The position numbers and the translations under genes were made by a program. 32,000 bases of DNA, taken from the NCBI RefSeq assembly GCF_018398935.1, contig NZ_CP074694.1, forward strand, positions 6,510,001 through 6,542,000, written 5' to 3'. Below, one piece after another: positions 16,477 through 24,730 of the stretch. The DNA is from Telmatocola sphagniphila. GTDB lineage: Bacteria; Planctomycetota; Planctomycetia; Gemmatales; Gemmataceae. Position 1 is the first letter of the stretch; every line of letters begins with the position of its first letter. A model generated the notes under the pieces. It was not told the DNA's origin and did not search any database. It worked only from the letters and a program-made list of their open reading frames with translations.

Positions 16477-17736
16477 ATGGCTGGAAAAAATCAATCAACC
16501 TCCAAACCGACCGACGAGGCCCAGGATCTGTTCAACCGGGCTTCCGACAATCTGAAGCAAGGCAATTGGAAAGACGCGATCGACGATTTTAGTGAGGCGA
16601 TTCGCCTTCACCCGACCGCCGCGGCAGGTTACCGGCTGCGAGCCACAGCTTACATCAAAGCCGGAAATATTCCCCGAGCCATCGCCGACCTCGATGAAGC
16701 CATTCGCCTGAAGCCCGACGACGTTCAGTTGTATTACGAGCGGGCCAGCAACCTGTTCCGACAGCGACAACTCGAAGAGGCTCTGGCCGATTGCAAGAAG
16801 GGGCTGGAACTCGACGAGGCCCATGCGGAATTCGTCGCCCTGCGCGGCAAGATTCACGCGGAAGCCGGCTATAGCGGCCGAGCTAAGGCCGATTTCACCC
16901 GGGCACTCGAGCTCGATCCGGTGAATGCCTCGAACTATCTGGTGATGCGAGCCGATTTGAGCCTGTCGCTGGAAGAGCGACAGGAAGCCCTTGAGGATTT
17001 CAATAAAGCTCTGGAAATTAAGCCGGATAATATTTACGCGCTCTGTCGTCGCGCGGGCGCCTTTTGGGGCCTGGGTTACAAGGAAGAGGCGTTGGGCGAT
17101 TTCTCGCGAGCTTTGGAACTCGATCCCGAGAACACCTGGGCTTTGAATGGCCGGGGCTTGCTGCTGGCGGACATGGCCCGGCATGCGGAAGCCATCAAGG
17201 ATTTTGCCAAAGCCATCGAAGATGAGCCCGAGAATCCTTCTCCCTGGGAATATCGCGGCGAAAGCCGGTTTCAGACGGGCGATGCAACCGGGGCTCTGGG
17301 CGATCTCAACAAGGCTATGGAACTCGACCCGGACAGCGACCGGATTTACAATCGCCGGGCCGCGATCTATTACCGGACGAAGGAATATGCCAAGGCCGTG
17401 CGCGACCATATGCACGCTTTGAAAATCGATCCGAACAGTGCCGAAACCTTCAATAGCCTCGGCTGGATCTGGAGCACGGTTCCCGATCCGACAATCCGGA
17501 ACGGTCGCCGGGCCGTCGATTGTGCCACGCGGGCCTGTGAATTGACCGAGTTCACCAACCCGAATTACCTGGATACTCTGGCCGCCGCGAATGCGGAAAT
17601 CGGTAAGTACGATGATGCCGTGCGTTGGATCGAAAAGGCGATTGCCCTGGTAAACAAGCCCGATCAGAGGGAGGAGTACCAGTACCGCAAGGATCTTTAC
17701 GCCAACCGGCAGCCGTTGCGGGTCACGCCACAGTAA
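16477..17736 (+). CDS. Tetratricopeptide (TPR) repeat protein
   Basis: About 10 consecutive 34-aa TPR units (e.g. WKDAIDDFSEAIRLHPTAAAGYRLRATAYIKAGN, PRAIADLDEAIRLKPDDVQLYYERASNLF). I prefer the ATG at 16477, which has GGAGG 8 nt upstream, over the track's TTG at 16447. Confidence 0.9.
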   Translation: MAGKNQSTSKPTDEAQDLFNRASDNLKQGNWKDAIDDFSEAIRLHPTAAAGYRLRATAYIKAGNIPRAIADLDEAIRLKPDDVQLYYERASNLFRQRQLEEALADCKKGLELDEAHAEFVALRGKIHAEAGYSGRAKADFTRALELDPVNASNYLVMRADLSLSLEERQEALEDFNKALEIKPDNIYALCRRAGAFWGLGYKEEALGDFSRALELDPENTWALNGRGLLLADMARHAEAIKDFAKAIEDEPENPSPWEYRGESRFQTGDATGALGDLNKAMELDPDSDRIYNRRAAIYYRTKEYAKAVRDHMHALKIDPNSAETFNSLGWIWSTVPDPTIRNGRRAVDCATRACELTEFTNPNYLDTLAAANAEIGKYDDAVRWIEKAIALVNKPDQREEYQYRKDLYANRQPLRVTPQ

Positions 17737-17772
17737 CGTGAGAATCGGAAACTCTTGAGTTTGAGTGACGAA

Positions 17773-17811
17773 AAGCCTCCGGGATGCGAATCTCCGAAGG
17801 CTTCATTTTTT
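17773..17811 (+). terminator. Rho-independent terminator downstream of the TPR gene
   Basis: AAGCCT-C-CGG (17773-17782) pairs with CCG-A-AGGCTT (17794-17803). That gives 6 bp, one mismatch and 3 bp, plus a G:U pair closing a 9-nt loop. CA and a T6 run (17806-17811) follow. The element starts 37 nt after the stop at 17736. Confidence 0.7.
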
Positions 17812-17963
17812 CCCCAGTCGTGGAATAATCCTCAATTTTCATTTGTTCGTTTGGTCAAGTACATTGCCCCATTTCCGTGGGACACTAAGATCAACAGTCT
17901 AAAGCGAATCATCACATTCGGCGGGAAACCGGGTTTTCCCTGCCGAAATTAGGAATTCCGAGC

Positions 17964-18914
17964 ATGAAAGCGGAAGAACGACACGAAATCGAACAGAACG
18001 AACTGGTCAAGGCGCTGGCACATGTGAAGTATGTGAATCGCCGACGGATCGCCGCCTGGGTGGGCGTCGGGCTGTTGATTTTCGCTGCCGCGATTTTAGT
18101 TCGGTACATGTCTCAACTGAATCGAGACGAGGATGCCGACCGCTGGGTGCAACTGGATCGGGCTTTCGACAAGGAAAAGCTCAAAGAGCTCATGGAGAAG
18201 TTCCGAGGCAAAGAGGCCGGCAGCATCGCCAAGTTGCGCTACGCCCGGTTGCTGATGAGTTCGGATGGCCTCGATAAGCTGGCGACCATCACCGTGAAAG
18301 ACCGTCTGGCCGCCGCAAATAGCGTTGAGGAAGCTCAGAAGCTGTTCCTGGAAGCCGCCAAGGAACTCGAAAACAACCAGATGGCTCAGATGGAAGCTTA
18401 CCTGGATGCTTCCAAAGCGGAAGAAGTTCTGATTGGCGTGCCTAAATCGGAAACCGACTCGTCGGGACGGGGAGATTTTGACCGTTCTTTAACCTATCTG
18501 CAAGCCGCCGCGAAGATTCGGCCCGAAAGCGATATTGGTAAGAAGATTGCCGAGTTGATCGAAGAGAAGAAGAAAAAACGGGATACGATTGTTTCCTTTT
18601 ACACCGACCTGCAGCGGACGTTCTACACTGCGACTCTGGATAAAGAGCCAGCCAAAACTGAAACCAAGGGGACATCGCCCGATTTGAAGTCTCCCACGCC
18701 GACGCCGGATAAGCCCAAGACCGAAGAGAAAGCTCCGGAACTGAAGGCTCCCGCCGAGAAGAAAGACGGAGAAAAGAAAGCTCCCGAAAAGAAAGAACCG
18801 GAGAAAAAGGCCCCCGGAATCACGGAATCCTCAAAAGCCCCGGAAACCAAGGCTCCTGAAACCAAGGCCCCGGGCATCACCGATGCTCCCAAGAAAGATC
18901 CCGAGAAAAAGTGA
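17964..18914 (+). CDS. Single-pass membrane protein with a helical (YfgM/TPR-like) domain and a Lys/Pro/Glu-rich repeat tail (hypothetical)
   Basis: N-terminal charged segment, then the TM IAAWVGVGLLIFAAAILVRYM. An alpha-helical region covers aa ~60-215, and a C-terminal low-complexity tail follows. The stop lies 3 nt before the rluD-like start. Confidence 0.7.
   Translation: MKAEERHEIEQNELVKALAHVKYVNRRRIAAWVGVGLLIFAAAILVRYMSQLNRDEDADRWVQLDRAFDKEKLKELMEKFRGKEAGSIAKLRYARLLMSSDGLDKLATITVKDRLAAANSVEEAQKLFLEAAKELENNQMAQMEAYLDASKAEEVLIGVPKSETDSSGRGDFDRSLTYLQAAAKIRPESDIGKKIAELIEEKKKKRDTIVSFYTDLQRTFYTATLDKEPAKTETKGTSPDLKSPTPTPDKPKTEEKAPELKAPAEKKDGEKKAPEKKEPEKKAPGITESSKAPETKAPETKAPGITDAPKKDPEKK
18639..18911 (+). 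repeat. Coding low-complexity repeat (K/P/E/A-rich: EKKAPEKKEPEKKAPGITE..KAPETKAPETKAPGITD)
   Basis: The last 91 codons of the 17964-18914 CDS carry reiterated (E/K)KAP(E/G) units, and KAPGIT(E/D) appears twice. Confidence 0.8.
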
Positions 18915-18917
18915 TAG

Positions 18918-19952
18918 ATGTCTGACGAGGAAATCTTAGAACCCATCGATTTTTCGCCGCACCGCATGCCCGATCCGGTCGAGTTGGAAGTCCGGATCAA
19001 AATCGAGGGAATGAGACTCGATCAGTACATTCAGCTCAACTGCGGCGATTACAGCCGTTCCATCATTCAGGACGCCATCAAAATCGGCAACGTCTTGGTG
19101 AATGGCAAGCCCTCCAAAGCCAGTCATAAAGTCCGCAACGGGGACAAACTCTGGATCCAGTTCCCGATGATCACGCATGCGATCCCGGTTCCGGAAAATA
19201 TTCCGCTGGATATCATCTATGAAGATGAGTATCTGGCGATTATCAACAAGCCGTTCGATATGGTCGTCCATCCGGCCAAGGGAAACTGGAGCGGCACACT
19301 CGTCAATGCCTTGCAATATCACTTCAAGGAATTAAGCAACGCGGGGGGAGAACATCGGGCCGGAATTGTTCACCGACTGGATAAAGACACCTCCGGGGCA
19401 ATCTTGATCGCCAAGGAAGAGTATACGCACCGGGAAATGTGCAGTGCCTTCGAGAAGCGGACGGTCTTCAAAGAGTACGCCGCGCTTACCGCCGGGGTGT
19501 TGGATCGCGACAGCGACTACATCGAGTTGCGGATCAAGCATCACCCCGTCGATCGGGTGAAGATGTTCACGACCTCGGATACCGAAGATCTCGAAGCCAA
19601 GGACGCCTGTACCTTCTACGAAGTGATGGAGCGTTTTCGGGGTCACACCTTCGTGCGCTGCCAGCCGAAAACCGGCCGGACGCACCAGATTCGCATCCAC
19701 CTGGCAAGTGCCGGCTGCCCCGTTCTCGCCGATAAAGTCTACGGCGGCCGGGATCACATTAATCTGTCGGATATCGCGGAGAATCTGCCGGCCGGACAGG
19801 ATGAGAAGTTGCTGGAACGGCAGGCCCTGCACGCTTTCCGGCTGCGGTTCAAACACCCCAGGCTGGGTAAGTGGATGGAATTCGAAGCGCCCCTTCCGGC
19901 CGATTTTCAGCGCACTCTGGCGGCCCTGCGACAGTATCGCAAGTGGAAATAA
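18918..19952 (+). CDS. rluD: RluA-family 23S rRNA pseudouridine synthase (RluD-type, with S4 domain)
   Basis: S4-like RNA-binding domain RLDQYIQLNCGDYSRSIIQDAIKIGNVLVNGKPSKASHKVRNGDKL. Catalytic motif GIVHRLDKDTSGAILIAK. Conserved C-terminal GRTHQIRIHLA and ALHA. Confidence 0.9.
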   Translation: MSDEEILEPIDFSPHRMPDPVELEVRIKIEGMRLDQYIQLNCGDYSRSIIQDAIKIGNVLVNGKPSKASHKVRNGDKLWIQFPMITHAIPVPENIPLDIIYEDEYLAIINKPFDMVVHPAKGNWSGTLVNALQYHFKELSNAGGEHRAGIVHRLDKDTSGAILIAKEEYTHREMCSAFEKRTVFKEYAALTAGVLDRDSDYIELRIKHHPVDRVKMFTTSDTEDLEAKDACTFYEVMERFRGHTFVRCQPKTGRTHQIRIHLASAGCPVLADKVYGGRDHINLSDIAENLPAGQDEKLLERQALHAFRLRFKHPRLGKWMEFEAPLPADFQRTLAALRQYRKWK

Positions 19953-20050
19953 GGACTTCGGCCACGTAAAGCGATGGTTTCGATGGCTTTAAGTTCTTGC
20001 AGTGAATATCATTTCTGTGAAAATCACACATTGCGGATGTAGGTAAATCT

Positions 20051-21916
20051 GTGCGTAAAGATGAGTTTCTCCATCGGTTGTCGGAAGAAGTGCTCCTGGG
20101 CGATGGGGCTTTGGGCACCATGCTGGGCGATCTCGGTGTCAACCGGGATATGGCCTACGAGCGTCTGAACGCCAGCGATCCCGATCTGATTCGCCGAATT
20201 CACCAGCAATATATCGATGCCGGTTCGCAGCTCATCGAAACCAACACCTTCGGAGCCAATCGCCTCCGGTTGGGAACCACCGAAGGCAGCACGGAAATTG
20301 CCGATCTGGTCCGGGCCGGGGTTGCACTGGCTCGCGAAGCGGCCAGTAGCAAAGCGTTCGTGGGGGGTTCGGTAGGACCGTTGGGGCCGTTTGATACCAA
20401 GGCTTTTTCCGACTCGGAAATTGAATCGATTTACGCCGAGCCGATTATCGCCCTGGCGGAGTCGGGCGCCGATGTGCTGATGCTGGAGACGTTTTCCGAT
20501 CTGCGGCAGATTCAGTTGGCCATTAAGGTGGCCAAACAGAAAACCGATCTGCCCGTCATCGCCCAGATGGCTTTTCACGAGCAAGGTCACACGCAGCACG
20601 GCGTCTCGGTACTGGCGGCGATGGAGGCCATGCTGACGGCCGGGGCCGACGTGGTGGGTACCAACTGCGGCCGGGGGGTTCGCTGCGTGGTGCACGCCAT
20701 CGAGCAGATGGCCAGCCGGTCGAACGCATTTCTGAGTGCCTACTTGAATGCCGGTTTGCCCGAGTATGTCGATGGCCGGTATCTGTTTGGGGCTCCCATT
20801 CCCTATCTGGTCAATTCCGCACTCGATATGGTGGAAAAAGGAGTGAATATTATCGGCGGGTGTTGCGGCACCACGCCGGAATTTATCCGGAAGTTACGGG
20901 AAAAACTGCCGGTCCGAAAGCCGGCGGTTCGCAAAATCGTTCCTGCCGAAGTCGCTGCCCCCGTAACTCCGGCCGTGCTGGAAACCAGCCCGCCGGTGAA
21001 GCAGATTTATTCCGATTCGATCCTGCACCGGCTGCCGCAATCAAACAAAAAACGGCCGCTGATGGTCGTGGAACTCGATCCACCCCGGGGGCTCGATTAC
21101 AAGCCGGTGTTGAAGAGGGCTCGGCAGCTGAAAGATATGGGCGTCGATGCCATCACCATGGCCGATAACCCGGTAGCGACGCTGCACATGGGCAATCTGA
21201 CGCTGGCCGACATCGTTCAGCGGGAAGCCGGAATTCCCGTCATTTTGCACATGGCCTGTCGCGATTCCAACTTGCTCGGCCTGCAATCGAAGCTGCTGGA
21301 AGCTCGGATTCGCAACGTGAACAATATTCTGGCCCTGACGGGTGACCCGGCCAAAGTCGGCGATACGCCGGGCGCGACCAGCGTCTACGATCTCAATAGT
21401 TTCGGATTGATCGAACTCATCACCAAATTCAATCAGGGGGTTTCCCATTCCGGCCAGAGCATCGGCGAGAAGACCCAGTTCACCATCGGCGTAGCCTTCA
21501 ATCCTAACGGCCGCAATTTTGCACCACTGGTCGATCGACTACGTCGCAAGGCGGAGAAGGGGGCACATTTCGCCATGACTCAGCCGATGTACGACCGGGA
21601 GCGCTTCGATTTGATGGTGGATTCGATCAAGAGCATTCCCATTTCGGTTTTCGTCGGCATCATGCCGCTATTGAGTGAACGGAATGCTGAGTTTCTCCAC
21701 AACGAAGTTCCTGGTATCGTCCTGACGGATGAAGTTCGCAACCTGATGAAGGGCTTCAGCGGCCCAACCGGTCGCAAGCAAGGGATCAAAATCACCTGCG
21801 ATTTGATCGACTATATGCTGGGGAAAATCAACGCTTTTTACATCGTACCTCCGCCGAAGTTTACTGAAATGTCGGTGGAGATCGTTTCGCACATTATCGG
21901 CAAGACGCATCCCTAA
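20051..21916 (+). CDS. Bifunctional homocysteine S-methyltransferase / 5,10-methylenetetrahydrofolate reductase (B. subtilis YitJ-like fusion)
   Basis: N-terminal Hcy-binding domain (LLGDGALGTML, the Zn-ligand cysteines in GTNCGRG and IIGGCCGTTPEFI). C-terminal MTHFR domain (LMVVELDPPRG, ITMADNP, ILHMACRD, ILALTGDP). The start is a GTG at 20051. Confidence 0.9.
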   Translation: MRKDEFLHRLSEEVLLGDGALGTMLGDLGVNRDMAYERLNASDPDLIRRIHQQYIDAGSQLIETNTFGANRLRLGTTEGSTEIADLVRAGVALAREAASSKAFVGGSVGPLGPFDTKAFSDSEIESIYAEPIIALAESGADVLMLETFSDLRQIQLAIKVAKQKTDLPVIAQMAFHEQGHTQHGVSVLAAMEAMLTAGADVVGTNCGRGVRCVVHAIEQMASRSNAFLSAYLNAGLPEYVDGRYLFGAPIPYLVNSALDMVEKGVNIIGGCCGTTPEFIRKLREKLPVRKPAVRKIVPAEVAAPVTPAVLETSPPVKQIYSDSILHRLPQSNKKRPLMVVELDPPRGLDYKPVLKRARQLKDMGVDAITMADNPVATLHMGNLTLADIVQREAGIPVILHMACRDSNLLGLQSKLLEARIRNVNNILALTGDPAKVGDTPGATSVYDLNSFGLIELITKFNQGVSHSGQSIGEKTQFTIGVAFNPNGRNFAPLVDRLRRKAEKGAHFAMTQPMYDRERFDLMVDSIKSIPISVFVGIMPLLSERNAEFLHNEVPGIVLTDEVRNLMKGFSGPTGRKQGIKITCDLIDYMLGKINAFYIVPPPKFTEMSVEIVSHIIGKTHP

Positions 21917-21922
21917 CCTCGG

Positions 21923-23611
21923 GTGAAAAGAATGTTTCGAATTTTCGCCGTTCTCGCAATCTTCGTTTGCCAGACGCTGGGGGCGTCTGCGCAAAATCCG
22001 GCCGGGCCAATTACCGCGAAAAGCGGGATGGTGGTCTGCGTCTCGCCGCCGGCCGCGGAGGTCGGCGTCAAGATTCTCAAAAAAGGGGGGACGGCGGTCG
22101 ACGCGGCGGTGGCCGTGGCTTTTGCGGAAGCAGTAACGCATCCGCAGGCCGGGAATATCGGCGGCGGCGGCTTTATGCTGGTCTATCCCGGGGACAGTCG
22201 CGAACCGGTGTTCTTTGATTATCGCGAGCGGGCCCCCCTGAAAATCTCGGCGGACACTCTCGCTCAGGAAAAGGACATGCTGAATCACCGGGCCGTCGGT
22301 GTACCGGGTACGGTGCGCGGAATGGAGCTAGCTCATAAAAAGTTCGGCAAACTGCCCTGGAAAGATCTGCTTCTTCCGGCTGTGAAACTCGCGGAGGAGG
22401 GCTTTCTCATCGAAAAATCCCTGGCCTCCGCGCTCAACAGCTATGTAGCCCGCTCGAAATCTTTCGCCGGCTTCCAGAAGTACTTTGCCAAACCGGATGG
22501 CACGAAATGGCAGGAGAAGGATCGCCTGGTGCAAAAAGACCTGGCGATCACCTTGAACGCCATCGCCACGCAGGGGGCGGAAGGATTTTACGCCGGTAAG
22601 GTGGCGGAGTTGATCGTCGCGGAGATGGCTCGTGGGAAAGGCCTGATCACGCTGGAGGATCTGAAAGCCTATGAGGCCAAGGAACGTCAGCCGCTGCATT
22701 CCAGCTATCGCGGCTACGACATCATCGGTTCGCCCCCGGTCTCGTCGGGTGGCACGGCCATCATCGAGATGCTGAATATTCTCGAGAATTACGATCTGAA
22801 AAAGATGGGCCGCTGGTCGCCCGAGGCCAATCATCTGATTATTGAATCCATGCGGCGGGCCTTCCGGGATCGGGCCGAATTTCTAGGCGATCCCGATTTC
22901 AATACGATCAATCCCGAATTGATCACGAAGTCTTATGGCAAGAAACTGGCCGGACAAATTGATTTGAGCAAAGCCACACCGAGCTTGTCGCTGGCGGGCA
23001 ATATAGATGTTCAGAAGGAATCGAAGCAGACTACGCACTTTTCGATCGTGGATGCCAGCGGAATGGCAGTTTCCAATACGTATACGTTGGAAGAGACCTT
23101 CGGATCACGCATCGTGGTGGACGGAGCCGGGTTCCTTTTGAATAACGAGATGGGGGACTTTAATACCAAGCCGGGCGTGACCAATACTTATGGCCGGATC
23201 GGTACCAAACCGAATTTGATTCAGCCGGGTAAACGGATGCTGAGTTCGATGAGTCCGACGATTGTCGCGCAGAATGGCCATGCCGTGCTTGTGACCGGCA
23301 GTCCCGGCGGCCGGACGATCATCAACACGACCCTGAATGTGATTCTGAATGTGATCGATTTCGACATGGATGTGCAGGCGGCGGTCAATGCCCCACGCAG
23401 CCATCAGCAATGGTTACCCGATACGGTGAGTTTCGAGCGTTCGAGTAATCCGGAATTTTTGAGTATGATCGAGTCTTTGAAGAAGATGGGGCATACGATC
23501 AAATGGGAAAATTCGCAGGGGGATGCGCATAGCATCTGGATCGATCCGAAATCGCATTTGCGCTATGCCGGTGTCGATACGAGGATCGAAGGCAAGGGAG
23601 CGGGTTATTGA
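21923..23611 (+). CDS. ggt: Gamma-glutamyltransferase
   Basis: Signal peptide (MFRIFAVLAIFVCQTLGASAQ). GGGGFML motif. Autoprocessing/catalytic Thr context ESKQTTHFSIVDASGMAVSNTYTLE. C-terminal SSMSPTIV and GSPGGRTII. The start may be the GTG at 21923 or the ATG at 21932. Confidence 0.92.
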   Translation: MKRMFRIFAVLAIFVCQTLGASAQNPAGPITAKSGMVVCVSPPAAEVGVKILKKGGTAVDAAVAVAFAEAVTHPQAGNIGGGGFMLVYPGDSREPVFFDYRERAPLKISADTLAQEKDMLNHRAVGVPGTVRGMELAHKKFGKLPWKDLLLPAVKLAEEGFLIEKSLASALNSYVARSKSFAGFQKYFAKPDGTKWQEKDRLVQKDLAITLNAIATQGAEGFYAGKVAELIVAEMARGKGLITLEDLKAYEAKERQPLHSSYRGYDIIGSPPVSSGGTAIIEMLNILENYDLKKMGRWSPEANHLIIESMRRAFRDRAEFLGDPDFNTINPELITKSYGKKLAGQIDLSKATPSLSLAGNIDVQKESKQTTHFSIVDASGMAVSNTYTLEETFGSRIVVDGAGFLLNNEMGDFNTKPGVTNTYGRIGTKPNLIQPGKRMLSSMSPTIVAQNGHAVLVTGSPGGRTIINTTLNVILNVIDFDMDVQAAVNAPRSHQQWLPDTVSFERSSNPEFLSMIESLKKMGHTIKWENSQGDAHSIWIDPKSHLRYAGVDTRIEGKGAGY

Positions 23612-23685
23612 GACTTCCACAAGAGACCCATCGCAGCGAAAATGCTTTGTTAAAAGGACCCGGTGGATCTCGGACTAAAATTGAA

Positions 23686-23711
23686 ATTGCCAGTCTCGAA
23701 ATGATGGCAAT
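23686..23711. terminator. Intergenic hairpin between the convergent ggt and SUKH-like genes (weak terminator candidate)
   Basis: ATTGCCA (23686-23692) pairs with TGGCAAT (23705-23711), a 7-bp stem with a 12-nt loop. On the - strand a moderately T-rich stretch (TTCAATTTTA) follows it. Confidence 0.3.
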
Positions 23712-23761
23712 CTAAAAACTCAAAATAGTTGTACAGGTTGAGTGTTAGCTCATGGGCAAAG

Positions 23762-24565
23762 TTATAGTTCGGTTCTAAATTCCCAGTAATTTTCTCGGTC
23801 CTCCGGCTCGGGGTCCGGCAGATCGAATGCAACGATGTCAGTCGGTTGTACATACTTTTTGTAACAATCGAACTCGATGATCTTTGTTTCTCCCGGATTC
23901 AGGAATGAGACAGGCAGATGAATTCCTCCATTCAAGGGGCCAGATTTTGGTGGGCGTAATGTCCCTTTAATACCGATAGAAAAATATGCCAAATTAAGAG
24001 ACGATTCGTTTGTGATTTCAAATTGCAGGTCTTCGTTCTGTGCAATACCAACCACTCTCCAGCGGAATCTTTTTCGTGAATCGATGATAATGCGCTCGAA
24101 TTCGGAAAAAGGCAGTGGGCCTCGCTCTATCTCTTCCCATTCGGGTTTCTTAAATCTCTTTCGAGCTGCTTTACATTTGGACTTTAACCACTCTTCAAAT
24201 CCAATGGCGGTACGTCTGATTCCTGCCGAGTGATACCATTCAAAAACAGGTGATTCCTGGCCGGCTATTAACTCAGATTCCTTAAAATATGCTAGTGATG
24301 TGTCGGTACGACCAAAATGAATCAATGCCTCCCCTTCTACGCTAACTGCTTCCCGCGGGCCCGCATAAACTTTCACTAACCAGTGACGGCCACGCCTGTA
24401 AAGATTTGCGTTTCCGAAGCGTTTCACAAACTCTCTGTATGATGGCGGGAGTGGAAAATCGGAGGAATCTACCGCCTCTTGTAGCTCTTCAGCCACCGGA
24501 TCGTCGAACAGATGAAATTTCCGCGTCTTTATGCGTTTCATCTCCGCTTCGAGCCATTCGAACAT
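23762..24565 (-). CDS. SMI1/KNR4 (SUKH superfamily)-like protein with an extra C-terminal beta-rich domain
   Basis: The N-terminal ~130 aa fit the SUKH pattern: FPLPPSYREFVKRFGNANLY...LVKVY...SPVFEWYH...IGFEEWL. The C-terminal ~120 aa are unassigned. The gene lies in a low-GC islet. Confidence 0.5.
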   Translation of the reverse strand: MFEWLEAEMKRIKTRKFHLFDDPVAEELQEAVDSSDFPLPPSYREFVKRFGNANLYRRGRHWLVKVYAGPREAVSVEGEALIHFGRTDTSLAYFKESELIAGQESPVFEWYHSAGIRRTAIGFEEWLKSKCKAARKRFKKPEWEEIERGPLPFSEFERIIIDSRKRFRWRVVGIAQNEDLQFEITNESSLNLAYFSIGIKGTLRPPKSGPLNGGIHLPVSFLNPGETKIIEFDCYKKYVQPTDIVAFDLPDPEPEDRENYWEFRTEL

Positions 24566-24670
24566 GAACAGTCAGCCTCTTAAAGCATTTCTTTGAGTTC
24601 TGGAGTTTGTTTTACCTTATGGGCTAAACGCATCTTCGCTCGCGCTCCGATGCGTCGCTAAATATCTCCC

Positions 24671-24703
24671 AACAAAAAAGCCTCACCAAAATTCGGTGAA
24701 GCT
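24671..24703 (-). terminator. Rho-independent terminator downstream of the DUF1570-like gene
   Basis: On the - strand, AGCTTCACC (24703-24695) pairs with GGTGAGGCT (24687-24679). The stem is 9 bp with one G:U pair and a 7-nt loop, followed by TTTTTTGTT. It starts 28 nt after the stop at 24731. Confidence 0.75.
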
Positions 24704-24730
24704 TTCGGATTTATCTATCCAGGGTGGGCA

